A DNA stretch of 63,813 nt, the filler included, from Octopus bimaculoides (lineage: Eukaryota), in assembly GCF_001194135.2 (NCBI RefSeq). It is 4 parts of 4 records of this genome, joined end to end, with 100 filler letters (N's around TTAATTAATTAA, not from the genome) between each part and the next. Parts side by side here need not be neighbours in the genome. Positions count along the whole stretch, not along the records: positions 33,613 to 54,900 come from NC_068998.1; 3 more parts are not named here. One strand, 5' to 3'. A program made the translations under genes and the position numbers. Of this stretch, positions 35,926-48,477 are shown one piece after another (position 1 is the first letter of the stretch; each line of letters begins with the position of its first letter). The notes beneath the pieces are model-generated. The model did not search any database, had not been told where the DNA came from, and was given only the letters and a program-made list of their open reading frames with translations.

Positions 35926-37789
35926 GAGAGGAAAGTCTGGAAGATAAAAGTGAGGAAAGAAAGGAGGAAAGGAGATAAGAGAAAAGACGGCCAGGTAAAT
36001 ATATACATGCACACGCGGGCGCATACACGCTTGGATACTGTTGCACAGTACAAAGACAACTGATAGACCAGTGTAGTTGACGAGTGGTATCCAGGAGGTC
36101 GGAAAATGTCATTTGGAAGATCCCCAACGACGATGGAAAGGCGATTTAGTCAAGATATTTGGGTAAAGATGCATTAAAAATGGCACAATTGAGACAGAAC
36201 TGGAAGTGCATTTTAACTAGCGGTGTATAACAGCATCTGATGGCCTGGTCGATACTGTGAGATATATATATATATATGTATGTGTGTATATATAGTTAGA
36301 TCGATGTGTATGTGTGTGTATGTGTGTGTGTGTGTGTTTGTGTGTATGCGTGTATCTATTCATAGTATATGAGTGAATGCGTGTAATGAAGAGAAGATGT
36401 ATCAAAGATAATGGTAAAAAATAATACACAAGAAAGAGAATAAATATTATTAGACATATAAAGAGGAAAAGAGAGAAGGCTGGGTATAAGTTTAAAAGAA
36501 ATAGAGAGGACAGAGAAAGAGAGAGAAAGAAAAAAAGAGAGGGAGAGAATCAAACACACAGTGCGGGAAAAAAAAGAAGAAAGAAAGAATACAAGTGTAA
36601 CAGACAGACAGAATGAAAAAAAAAAGTGGGAGAAAGCTGAAGCGTAATGTAAGAAGCGCAAATCAATTTAATTCTGAAAGTTCCCAAAATTTCTCAGTGG
36701 TGTTAATGGGAAGAACATTGTGTCCCACAAACATTGATGTAATTTAAATCAATAAAGAAAATCAGGAATTTGAAATCTAATTATTTCCTCTCTGTTGACA
36801 GCGTATATATAGCTTTGAAGGATGAAGAAGAGGAAGTAAAAAAATAACAGATGATAGGAGATGGTATTTTGGCCAAGCAGTTCAAACTGCAGTCGTCAGC
36901 GAGTCGATGTTTGAAATATCTCAGCTGCTCTCGTATAATTGTCGTTTCAATTGTCTTTGCTCTTGATATCTGACGCTTGAGGCATGGCGTATATTTTACG
37001 TCGATATTTGTGTAGCTTTCATCACGCTATTGCCGTTGTACAGGCCATTGAATGTCCTACAGGAGATGAAATTTCTGCAGAAAGAACAGCACATTTTCAA
37101 ATACCCATTTCCTTGAATCAGCTTGGAATGTTTAAGAAAACACTCGAAACGTAAACGTGACAACGAAATCTCACAAATCAGTAAAATGTGAAGAAGAAAA
37201 AATAGTGCATTCAGTGATTAGACCGTTTAAACACTTCCGCATTTCTGTTCTCGATATGGAGGTCCACTATATCACTTTGTTGTTTTTATTCTGATTGTGA
37301 TCTACGTGAAACAATTTATTACAATGGCATCTTCAAATAGGCGCAGGCGTAACTGCGTGGTTACGAATCTAAAACACCCTTCTAAGCAAGACTTTTACCA
37401 CTGCATCTTTGTGAACACGCGCTGTCCTCATGTAAGTCTATCTATTTAACTGTGCTTTGGAGACCAGTCACCTTGCTGTGTCTGTTATTTTTCTGAATGT
37501 TCAATGCCTAGAGATAGTCATTCATTATACTGTCAGCAGTTATGTTTGTACTACTCTGGCTGTTGTACGAATTTTTTTTTTTTTTTTCTAAATCTTTCTT
37601 TAATTCGTGACATCTTCTGTTATGTCCATGACGACCACGAACATATCTCCAACATGCCTGGCGTGCCTAATAGGTATACGTCTTAACTGTGATCTCTGAA
37701 AAACTAAGACATAACTACGTTGATAAGTAAAGTCATGAATCACCTCACGCCCTTCCATTGCATTGAAGGAGAATTCGCCCGAATACATC

Positions 37790-37881
37790 TCGGCGGAATT
37801 TGAGCTCAGAACGTGGCGGCAGACGAAATGCCGCTCAGCATTTTATTCGGCGTGCTAACGATTCTGCCAGATCACCGCCTT
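37790..37881 (-). mobile_element. Family A SINE head
   Basis: The reverse complement is AAGGCGGTGATCTGGCAGAATCGTTAGCACGCCG..ACGTTCTGAGCTCAAATTCCGCCGAG. Confidence 0.8.
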
Positions 37882-38170
37882 GAACCTCACTCAAGTAATA
37901 AGTACAAGCCCCAAGGAATAATCTGGTGATGGTGATCCATTTCGGCAAAAATTAAAAAGTCCGCGACTTTCTATGAGGTTTTTTAGGGCTTCCCACTTAA
38001 CTCTAAAATAAAAGGGAATGTACAAAGTATGTTTTTGACGAAAGCAGTTTATCTGAAAGTATTTCTGTTGTAATTTATCAAAACGTCACATGTCTAGATA
38101 TGTAACTACATGCATGAAAATACATACATAAAACATACAAATCTGCACATACATACATACGTACATGGAA

Positions 38171-38278
38171 ACAAAAATACCCTGTTGTTGATGTTGAAAT
38201 TCCAATGAAGGAACCTTGGGTCTAGGTTAGAAACCGGTTCTTTCTCTATTGGCAAGAAATCTTGAAATGAACTGAATA
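38171..38278. repeat. ~110-bp unclassified interspersed element embedded in (TACA)n; second copy inverted at 52823-52932
   Basis: ACAAAAATACCCTGTTGTT.ATGTTGAAATTCCAATGAAG..TTAGAAACCG..TCT.TTGGCAAGAAATCTTGAAAT is shared by both copies. Confidence 0.8.
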
Positions 38279-38364
38279 CATACATACGTACATACATGCA
38301 TGCATACATACATTCATGCATGCATACATACATACATACATACATACATGCATACATACATACA

Positions 38365-38753
38365 TGTTGTTGGCACTCCGTCGCTTACGACGTCGAGGGT
38401 TCCAGTTGATCCGATCAACGGAACAGCCTGCTCGTGAAATTAACGTGCAAGTGGCTGAGCACTCCACAGACACGTGTACCCTTAACGTAGTTCTCGGGGA
38501 TATATTCAGCGTGACACAGAGTGCGACAAGGCTGACACTTTGAATTACAGGCACAACAGAAACAGGAAGTAAGAGTGAGAGAAAGTTGTGGTGAAAGAGT
38601 ACAACAGGGTTCGCCACCATCCCCTGCCGGAGCCTCGTGGAGCTTTAGGTGTTTTCGCTCAATAAACACTCACAACGCCCAGTCTGGGAATCGAAACCGC
38701 GATCCTATGACCGCGAGTCCGCTGCCCTAACCACTGGGTCATTGCGCCTCCAC
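38365..38753 (-). mobile_element. SINE family D, full length, young
   Basis: The tRNA-like head is GTGGAGGCGCAATGACCCAGTGGTTAGGGCAGCGGACTCGCGGTC..GGTTTCGATTCC, and the tail is ..CGTCGTAAGCGACGGAGTGCCAACAACA. Confidence 0.9.
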
Positions 38754-39117
38754 TACGATCATAGTAATACAAGCATTACCATAAACAGATAAAAGAATGA
38801 AACCCAAAAATAAATAATTAACATTGCCCGGCGTGAATTGATCAAATAACAATTGCTGTGGAACTGTGTTACTGACCAAGTTACAAGATATAAATTTTGA
38901 TACCTCGAGAAATAAATGGAGAGTAAAGATTAAATGTAACTAAAATGTCTTTTTTTTTCATGATGTAATTGCTTCACTTGCATCATGCGGTGTCGGATCA
39001 TGTCAGCTGGCAGACAAACCTGAGATATATATTTACATGTGTGAATGTTTGTAAGTATTTGTTCACTTTCTTCACTCGCTGTTCAAATACACCCAGAGCT
39101 ATCTAAGTGTATAAGGT

Positions 39118-39148
<31 letters not shown>

Positions 39149-40409
39149 CGATGTTGTTTATCATTGAGATTTATTTTAAGTTTTACTTAATGGAGTTCAA
39201 GCCGGTCGCTAAAAAAAAAAAGCGACAGGAATTTTCGAGTTAAGAGAGTTCCCGGGGTTTGCACTTGTGTTCTGTGCGAAGATGTCTCTTTAATGCTTAG
39301 GTTTTTGTGCGTGAGTGCATCGATACTTTTTCCATTTGTGTCCCTGTCGATACAGATAACCAAAGTGTGTGCATATATTGATCTCAAGAATCAAAATAGA
39401 GAATTTCTGAGATGTCTTTACAAATTTTCTCTTTGCAGCTAATAGGCTGGATTCAGCGGGGTGTGCGTTAGTTTCTTTTGATGCTGTATGTAAATAAGCA
39501 TACGTTTGTACGTGTGTATGTACGTGTGTGTGTGTACGTGTGTATGTACGTGTGTGTATGTGTGTGTGTGTGTGTGTGTGCGTGTGCGTGCGCGCGCGTA
39601 TGTAAATGCAGCTCAGTGCAAAGTAAACATTTAAGTGTTTTTTGTGTATTTGTACACATTGAATATAATAGTGAATTCCTAGAGATCTGCTTCAAAATAA
39701 TCATCCAGATGCCCCCTCCACACACACACAACAAGTGCCCTGCTATTAGCTTGCCAAGGCTCTCCAGTTCCCTTTGTGTCGTGCTGCATGCACACAATCA
39801 GCCAAAGGTTATGCCCGAGAGTGGTAATGCCCGTCCTTAAGGAAATGAAACCTGACACGGCCAAAAGAATCAAAGAGGTGAATGAACCGGAAAGCGTGAT
39901 ATTGGGGTTACGTGACATGCCTTAAGACAGGGCAAATCAAAATATAGAAGGTGATATCGGTCAGTCATTGGGAAAAAGACTGGGTGCCCATCACGTATTA
40001 TCCCAAAGTTATGCTAATGCTTCAGAATATTCACAACCAAATGACTGGAACCAGTAAAAGACTGAAGAACTCGCAAAGAAGGAATTATAGACAGAGACAT
40101 AATTAATTAGGTTACATTGTTCAGCAGCAAGAATCCTTGTATTATAGAAAAAGAGGTATTTCAAAGATCATGAAGTTGATGAACATTTCTTTTGTGGGTG
40201 AGCATTGTGCGCATGCGGTGTGTATTCTGAGCGTGGGTGTGTGTAATTGTGTGTGGGCTTGTGTGGTTTGGCTGACTCAAGAGGAAAAAGAGCAGAGCCC
40301 AATACCATCTGCAGAGCTTCCTAAATCGATGGGGGTAAAAAAAATAAAGCGTACCAAATTTCACTCAAACGGTTTGAGGTCTTGAGGTATAACAGAGTAA
40401 GTAATGTTT

Positions 40410-40640
40410 CGAGTCCTTGGACTCATAGGGCCGGTTGCCCTTTACCATTGCGTTTAAGGGACCGAGATGAGAACATTGTTCCTGAACGGGACGTCAGTCT
40501 GTTGCATGGTTACTCCTTTACAGCTGAGTGGACTGGAGTAATGTGAAATAAAATGTTTTGCTCAACACACAACGCACCAACGGGTTCAGGAATCGAAACC
40601 ACGATCTTGCAATCATGAGTGTAACTCTCTACCCACTTGA
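40410..40640 (-). mobile_element. Chimeric SINE: C-type head/CORE body with V-domain-like 3' module (degenerate)
   Basis: The minus strand reads GGTTTCGATTCC..TTGAGCAAAACATTTTATTTCACATTACTCCAGTCCACTCAGCTGTAAAG, then CCATGCAACAGACTGACGTCCCGTTCAGG..GGCCCTATGAGTC, which is the same tail as 13968-14070. Confidence 0.72.
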
Positions 40641-41068
40641 TGAAAATATCGAGAAGTAAAGTTGTATCTAGAACCATGGTATTGATGATGATGGTAGTCT
40701 CCTCTCGTAGTCTGACAAAAACGATTCTGCTGAACAACCTGCACAAATGATTTGCTTGTAAGGATCAAATGGGTTTGCGCTGAGCATTTGCCGGAACAGA
40801 CATTGTCGGAACAGGTGCACGGTGTTCTACACATCAGGTGTCCAAGGGAACACAGAGCAACGTGTGTAACGAAGTGTTTTCTCGGTGAAAACAACGCACC
40901 ACCCTGTCCAGGAACTGAAACCTCGGTCCCGCGATCATAAATGCAACACCCTAACCGCTAGGCCATGAGCCCTCTACCACGATATTACGAAATACTTGAC
41001 GGCACGGCTATACTTGCGATCATGGTCATGTATGCATCCATTTTGGATGTGTATTTGAGAGAGTGGGT

Positions 41069-41138
<70 letters not shown>

Positions 41139-41630
41139 TAAGAAAGCATGTGGGTGTTGTATTAATTGTGATAACCTCTGAGAGGGCCGCTAGAACGATC
41201 GAAATTGTTTTACGTTTTAAATTCTTTACGATATAAAACAGCAAACTGGGGGTCTAACAATGTTCCCACTGTGATGCCATACACTCTACAAACATTTATA
41301 TTAAATCGATTCTGTGAAAATTAACTAAATTATTAACAGTATATTGACTAATTTATAACTCTACATCCCTCATTTCAACAAGATTCTATAAATCCCTGCC
41401 GAGATCGAAACACTGTCAATTTTTAATGTATTGCTAATTAAGGGGAGAGACTAAGCTGCATTGATTAGCTTCTCTAATATCAAAGGAGATTCATTTTACT
41501 ACTTTTCTTCTCAAATGAAAGAGAACGGTATTGATTGTATTACAGTAGTGTGTGTGTATGTGTGTGTGTGTAGTGTATATATGTGTGTCCGTGTATATAT
41601 ATGTGTGTCCGTGTATATATATGTGTGTGC

Positions 41631-41682
<52 letters not shown>

Positions 41683-42068
41683 GTGTGTGTGTATCTGTGT
41701 GCAGGCACATATATATATGTATGTGTGTATGTGTGTATGTATGTGTATGTATGTGTGTATGAGTGTGTATATAGTGTATATGTGTGTATGTGTATATATA
41801 TATGTGTGTTATCTGTGTGTGCAGGTATGTATATATAAGTGTATGTGTGTGTGTGTCTGTGTGTGAATGTGTGTATGTGTGTGGGGGTGTAGGTAGGTAG
41901 GTGTATATGTATTCTATCCTGCTTATTGTTTATGTAATCTTTTTGTCACGGAGTTCAACGAAAGACCTAACTAAAAGAGCTACGAGTTCAAATCCTAGAA
42001 GGGACGAAAATAAACAATGTCGCTGATTAGTGTTATCTTCTATAAGCTTCATTGTTTGTGTGTGGTTA

Positions 42069-42101
<33 letters not shown>

Positions 42102-42179
42102 ATGCGCGCATACATACATACATACATACATACATACATACATACATACATACATACATACATACATACATACACACAC

Positions 42180-42300
42180 ATACCAATCTTGAGAAATTAG
42201 GCTTCTCAAAACCAGAAAGGAGAAAGCTGATTCGAAGACTACAGATCCAATCCATCACTGAAACTGTAAAGATCTGTAAAAGTTTCTAAAATTTCGATTT
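42180..42300 (+). pseudogene. Probable RLE-type LINE ORF C-terminal relic
   Basis: TNLEKLGFSKPERRKLIRRLQIQSITETVKICKSF has the helical pattern of RLE C-termini (analogous to ALLGTAHILRK). It is short, so the clade is unresolved. Confidence 0.45.
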
Positions 42301-42330
42301 ATAAATTAAACTAATCGTCGTCCCAGCGAC

Positions 42331-42582
42331 GCGTTTTGTCCTTCAGCAAGACACTTTATTTCACGCTGCTCCAATCCACTCAGCTGGCAAAACTGAGTAG
42401 TACCTGTATTTCAAGGGGCCAGCCTTGTCACACTCCGTGTCACGCTGAATCTCCCCGAGAACTACGTTAAGGGTGCACGTGTCTGTGGAGTGTTCAGCCA
42501 CTTGCACGTTAATTTCACGAGCAATCTGTTCCGTTTGATCGGATCAGTTGGAACCCTCATCGTCGTAACCGACGGAGTGCTC
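42331..42582 (+). mobile_element. Chimeric SINE: C-type CORE body joined to family D tail
   Basis: AGCAAGACACTTTATTTCACGCTGCTCCAATCCACTCAGCTGGCAAAACTGAGTAG|TACCTGTATTTCAAGGGGCCAGCCTTGTCACAC..CCGACGGAGTGC. Confidence 0.85.
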
Positions 42583-42586
42583 CTAC

Positions 42587-42627
<41 letters not shown>

Positions 42628-42749
42628 GGATAGATAGATAGATAGATAGATAGATAGANNNNNNNNNNTAGATAGATAGATAGATAGATAGATAGATTGA
42701 TTTATGTTTGTGTCTTCTGTTTGTCCCACAGCAAACACATACACAAATA

Positions 42750-42853
42750 ACTACCAGGCTTAAAAAAGTACTGAAGTCCATTCATCCGACTACAAATTCT
42801 TCAAGGCGACGCCCCAGCATGGCCGCAGTCTAATGACTGAAACAAAGGTAAAA
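42750..42853 (+). mobile_element. Family B SINE 3' tail fragment
   Basis: GCCCCAGCATGGCCGCAGTCTAATGACTGAAACAAAG. Confidence 0.75.
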
Positions 42854-43973
42854 TATATGGTTATGATGCTCTCCCGCTACTTACGTATGTATGTATGTAT
42901 GTATGTATGTGTATACGTATGTATGTATGTATGTATGTAGGCATGCATGTGTCTGTGAATACGTCTGTACGTGTGGAAAGATAGAGAAATATATTTGAAT
43001 GTATATATCCTGATATTTATGAATGTATGTATACAGATCTGTATGTGTGTCTGCGTGTATATGTACACGTGCGTGTGCGTGCATGCGGGTTACGTATTAC
43101 TGACATTGTTTGAGGGCAGAAAGAATGAATGCAACGAACGTATAAAGTAGCGTATACAGACTGTTGATCACTGCCTTCAATTATCATTTGATATCGAAAG
43201 ACAATTTAATGGAAATGGAAGGGAAGAAGAAAAAAAAGGAAAAACAAACAAAAACGAAGCGAAACCAGAAACAAAATCAAAGATATTTTATCAAACAGGA
43301 AATTGGCAATTTTTGTTTAGGATGACAGTTTTTTGGCAGCAGGCAGTATCGATCTTTTGATGGCATCTAACTTATACGTTGCATATTTAGTCGAATAAAG
43401 ATGTGCTGACATAAAAATAAGAATGACACGATTTTATTTATCCCGGACGGTAAGTGGAGCTAAAGGTGACGTGGTAAGCCAGAGATTTAATTACTTTTGT
43501 GTTCTTCTAATTAGGTCGTTGTTGTTGTTATTCTTTTTGTATTCTTTCACAACCCAGATAAAATAGATTGTGATGGTGCTGATTTTCCGAGGTTTTAATG
43601 ACATATGTTCTTTAAGGCATGGAGATAGAATAATACTATGATTAATAAGTTCGCTTATGCGCATCTATGGTTAAATTCTTAATTATAAACAAACTTGCTT
43701 TCTCAATTGTAAAATTAGAGCATTTCATTTGGATAGGCGAATGTCGGCAAATAACTACGGTGTAATAGAAGCACTTTAGTGTAGCAGATACAGATGATCC
43801 GTGGTTCGAGTCTCAAATCCCACAGATAGCTTTCTATCAGTTTTAATTTTTTTCTGTTCAAGGGGTTATTAACCTTGTGTATAATGAACTAATATTGATT
43901 GCTAGATTGGCATTCAAGATACGTTATTTATAGATGACTTATTTACATAGTTGTCGATGCTTGCACTGATATG

Positions 43974-44024
<51 letters not shown>

Positions 44025-44689
44025 TGTATATATGTGTATGCATGTATGTATATATATGTATGTGTGTGTGTGTTTATATAATTAAGTGGGTGTTTGTGTG
44101 TGCGTGTGTGTGCGTGTGTGTCCGTGCATGTGTGTGTGAGTGTATGTGTGTATGTGTGTGTGTGTGTGAACTGGTGGACGAGTATGATCATCACTGAGAA
44201 ATTATTTTATCCTGCATATTAAAGACAACAGCTGTCAGCAATGCTCGAGCTGAAATTTAAAGTCAATAACAGCTTGCAAAGCACTGCTACGACTCTCACC
44301 TGCAGAGCCAAGTTGTCTAGAAACAAACAAGAGCAAAATGTCCGGCTTCGCAATGAGGCGAGTGTTATTTCGGAGTTTTCGTCTCCTAGAGAGATGATTA
44401 AACAAAATCTAGTGTCACTCACTCCCAGCTGTTGTTTGGACGTTGACTCTGCTGCTGCTGGTGGTGGCATTGTTGTTACTGTTGATGCTACTGTATAGGC
44501 AGAGTGTCCACTGTAAGGACCAACCAACTTTGTATCTATCGGTAAATGCTGGTACATTTTTACCACGATTAGACACCCTAAAACTTATACGATTAGTTGT
44601 TATTTTTCTGTATAATTTCCGTATAATTTACAGCTATTGCAGTTATTATGGATCTCTCTGATGATCAAAAAGACTACAGATGCTCCTGA

Positions 44690-44910
44690 TATTAAACCAC
44701 CTATCTCGGAGAGTCCATGCAGTCGCTCCAACTGCTAGGAGATAATATCCGAATCTCCTTCAAATCACACCGTTATCATCTTTAACAATGAAGGATACAT
44801 TGGATTATGTAATTTGGGATGTGTAAAAGAGACGGGATGCTCAAGGCTGGAATGCTTTTGATCAGAGGTCAGCTTGACCAGTGTTGATGTGAAGATAACA
44901 ACGACAATTT
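44690..44910 (+). mobile_element. Old unclassified interspersed repeat (working label F)
   Basis: CTGCTAGG..AATCTCCTTCAAATCACACC..GGATG.TCA.GGCTGGAATG..AACAAC. Degenerate relatives lie near 4900-4975 (-), 11975-12040, 17430-17475 and 61495-61580 (-). Confidence 0.5.
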
Positions 44911-45004
44911 TTAAGCAAAAGCTTCAAGGCCTGTAGTGGAATTCTTCGTGGTAATTTTGTCCTGTCTTATAGTCCTGGCTATCCCAGGATATTTTTCTAA
45001 AATG

Positions 45005-45052
<48 letters not shown>

Positions 45053-45261
45053 ATAGGCATGAAAGTATATACTAGCCTCTATATTTAATACTCAATATTT
45101 CATATATTCAATAAGACATTCAATACTTCATTTCATTTTACTATTTATATTATATTATATATTCCATATTCTATATCCCACATTAATTTTATAAGAATAT
45201 AAATAAAACATAAAAAACAGACAGAGTTGGAACTCTTTTAAATAATATATATATATATATA

Positions 45262-45422
45262 TGTCACGCTCACTGTCACGCTGGATCTCCCCGAGAACTA
45301 CGTAAAGGGTACACGTGTCTGTGGAGTGCTCTGCCACTTGCACGTCAATTTCACGAGCAGGCTGTTCCGTTGATCGGATCAACTGGAACCCTCGTCGTCG
45401 TAACCGACGGAGTGCCACGACA
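45262..45422 (+). mobile_element. 5'-truncated family D tail
   Basis: GTCACGCTGGATCTCCCCGAGAACTACG..GATCGGATCAACTGGAACCCTCGTCGTCGTAACCGACGGAGTGCC. Confidence 0.88.
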
Positions 45423-46059
45423 CCTACTCCAATTGCTTGCTTTTATATTTCACCGTCTCCTTGAAAACGGAAACCGTTTTCTTCCATTATCCACGGTCTT
45501 TAAAAATCCTTTGTATTAATCTGCTTCTATTTTCTGATTGTATATTTATTTATATAAAGCTCTTTCAGAATAAATGGAATACTGGAAAACTCAACCGATA
45601 TGGATTTCGAGATTATAATTAAATATCTAAAAACGNNNNNNNNNNNNNNNNNNNNNNNNNNNNNNNNNNNNNNNNNNNNNNNNNNNNNNNNNNNNNNNNN
45701 NNNNNNNNNNNNNNNNNNNNNNNNNNNNNNNNNNNNNNNNNNNNNNNNNNNNNNNNNNNNNNNNNNNNNNNNNNNNNNNNNNNNNNNNNNNNNNNNNNNN
45801 NNNNNNNNNNNNNNNNNNNNNNNNNNNNNNNNNNNNNNNNNNNNNNNNNNNNNNNNNNNNNNNNNNNNNNNNNNNNNNNNNNNNNNNNNNNNNNNNNNNN
45901 NNNNNNNNNNNNNNNNNNNNNNNNNNNNNNNNNNNNNNNNNNNNNNNNNNNNNNNNNNNNNNNNNNNNNNNNNNNNNNNNNNNNNNNNNNNNNNNNNNNN
46001 NNNNNNNNNNNNNNNNNNNNNNNNNNNNNNNNNNNNNNNNNNNNNNNNNNNNNNNNNNN

Positions 46060-46128
<69 letters not shown>

Positions 46129-46990
46129 ATCATATATGTGTATATATATGTATAATGTCTGTATGTATACGCGAGTGTGCGTATATGTGTGCACGTATGT
46201 GTGACGGAAGCATTAACACACAGAAATAAGTACGTTAACCCACATATTTATAATGAATAAGTGGATAAATAGACTACAGTCATTTCGATACAGCTGGATT
46301 ATGAAGAGATAAAAGATTAAAGGATTACATAAGCTGATATTCTGATTAGCAGAAGCCTATTTATTACAGTCGACCCATAACTGACATGAAGAAATGATGG
46401 ACACGAATGTTATGGAAGTCTTCAGAATTAGTTGGTCCACCAATCTAAAGGGGATCTGACGTAGACAAATTGTCTTCAGAACTGGTGCATCTGAATTTCT
46501 TCATTCAGACAATTGACACGTCTCATATTCTGGAAGAAGAAATGAAGATATTTCTATTGCAGGCGTAACTGTTTGTTAAGAGATTTGCTTCGCAACTACA
46601 GGGTTCCGGGTTCAGTGACACTGCATGGCAGCTTCAGTGAAACAAAAATCATGAGAGCTAAAGTAATACCTTAATATCGATGACATAAGAAGAAACTATG
46701 TGGTTCCCCCACCCAGCTTGTTAGTTGAGGAAGGACTAAAAACAACACTTGTTAAATAAATGGGTGAGCTCATTGCGGCCAACGGCCGTCTACTCGAGTG
46801 GTGTTTCGTAAAAATCTCCTGCGCGAGAGCTGCCAAACCGTGCAGCTGGTCCAATAACCGTAGCCACGAAAACTCCAATGAAAGACATATTGTGCTCTCG
46901 AATTAGAGTCAACGTCCACAAATGATGTGGATAGAACCAGAAGAAGATCGTTGAAAAGCCAGAAGCTCAGTTTATCGTCCGGGGAAAACT

Positions 46991-47051
<61 letters not shown>

Positions 47052-47124
47052 TAGAAGTAGATATTTATAAGAAGCGACACACACAACACACACACTCTCT
47101 CTCTCACACACACAAACGCACCGA

Positions 47125-48060
47125 CACTTAGGTAATAATGAGTTTAAGACAGCGGCTTTTAAAGACATTCAATGTTGGTGATCTGGAAGTTTAGTTTATT
47201 TCTCCTAGAAAATTATATTTTTAATTACTAATAACCGAATAACGTATTGTGTTAAAAACATACACACACACACACAATTCTATTTCACAGGCGAAACAAA
47301 ATCGATTCGGAAGTGACCGTGATATCGGCAATACGTCTCCTATTGGATTTTTGCCCGGATGATAAACTGCAGCTTCTGGCTTTTCAACAATACACATACG
47401 TCAAGTATGTAGATAAAGATTTTAGTTATCCAGAAATTTATTCTATCCGTAAGATAGTTTCCTTCGTCTGGTTACCAATTCCAGTTAACAACAGTAGATA
47501 ATTATGACTAGAGATACCATAATACTTGTACCAAACTATTATATTTGACATGCAAGTTTTTGACTTGCATGTCTATTAGAAATTCAAATTCTATCACATT
47601 TGTTGGTCCCAATCTGCGAAATGTCATCATTATTAGAAAGCTGGAAATAATGACTGCGAGGAGCATCTAGCGTTCATTGCTTCTTGAATTATTTCCCACC
47701 ATAAATCATATTTCAGAAACAGTGTAAACGATGCGAAGATTGTGACCAAAGACTGGTCTTAGGTTCCGTCACGCAGCGAGGAAGTTTGGACAAGAATCTT
47801 CTACTATAGCCCCTGGCCGGCTAAAGCTTTGCGAGTGGATTTGATAGACGGAAACTGAAAGAAGGCCGTTCTATGAGTAAATATGCGATTTCTGTCGCAA
47901 ACTTAGCAATTTATGCTTATATNNNNNNNNNNNNNNNNNNNNNNNNNNNNNNNNNNNNNNNNNNNNNNNNNNNNNNNNNNNNNNNNNNNNNNNNNNNNNN
48001 NNNNNNNNNNNNNNNNNNNNNNNNNNNNNNNNNNNNNNNNNNNNNNNNNNNNNNNNNNNN

Positions 48061-48116
<56 letters not shown>

Positions 48117-48232
48117 CATCCACTTAGGTAATCATGAATTTAAGATGGCGGTTTGTAAAGACATTGTATGTTGGCCATCTGGAAGTTGTGTTATTTCTTG
48201 TAGAAAATAATATTTTTTGAATACTAATAACC
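47125..48232 (+). repeat. Diverged 112-bp direct repeat pair (47125-47236 and 48121-48232)
   Basis: CACTTAGGTAAT.ATGA.TTTAAGA..GCGG.TT.TAAAGACATT..ATGTTGG..ATCTGGAAGTT..TTATTTCT..TAGAAAAT..TACTAATAACC occurs in both, each preceded by (CA)n. Confidence 0.8.
47750..47875 (+). mobile_element. Family B SINE internal fragment
   Basis: TCTTCTACTATAGCCCCTGGCCGGCTAAAGCTTTGCGAGTGGATTTGATAGACGGAAACTGAAAGAAG. Confidence 0.75.
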
Positions 48233-48428
48233 AGAAACTTTCTCCTTGGGATTCAGATTACGAAAATCAAATCTGTTTTTCTCCAGAACGCACCATTTCT
48301 GGCCCTTTCGGCGACAAACACATATACATACACGCATACACTCTCATTTACACACACACACGCACATATAAAGATATATATACATATATAAACATATGTG
48401 TATATATATATATATAAACATATGTATG

Positions 48429-48477
<49 letters not shown>

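Noticed and set aside
36775-37045. ~90-codon Met-less open frame (minus) with IIREQLRYFKH, faintly RTE-like
   Set aside because: The similarity is limited to a few residues and is too weak to call.
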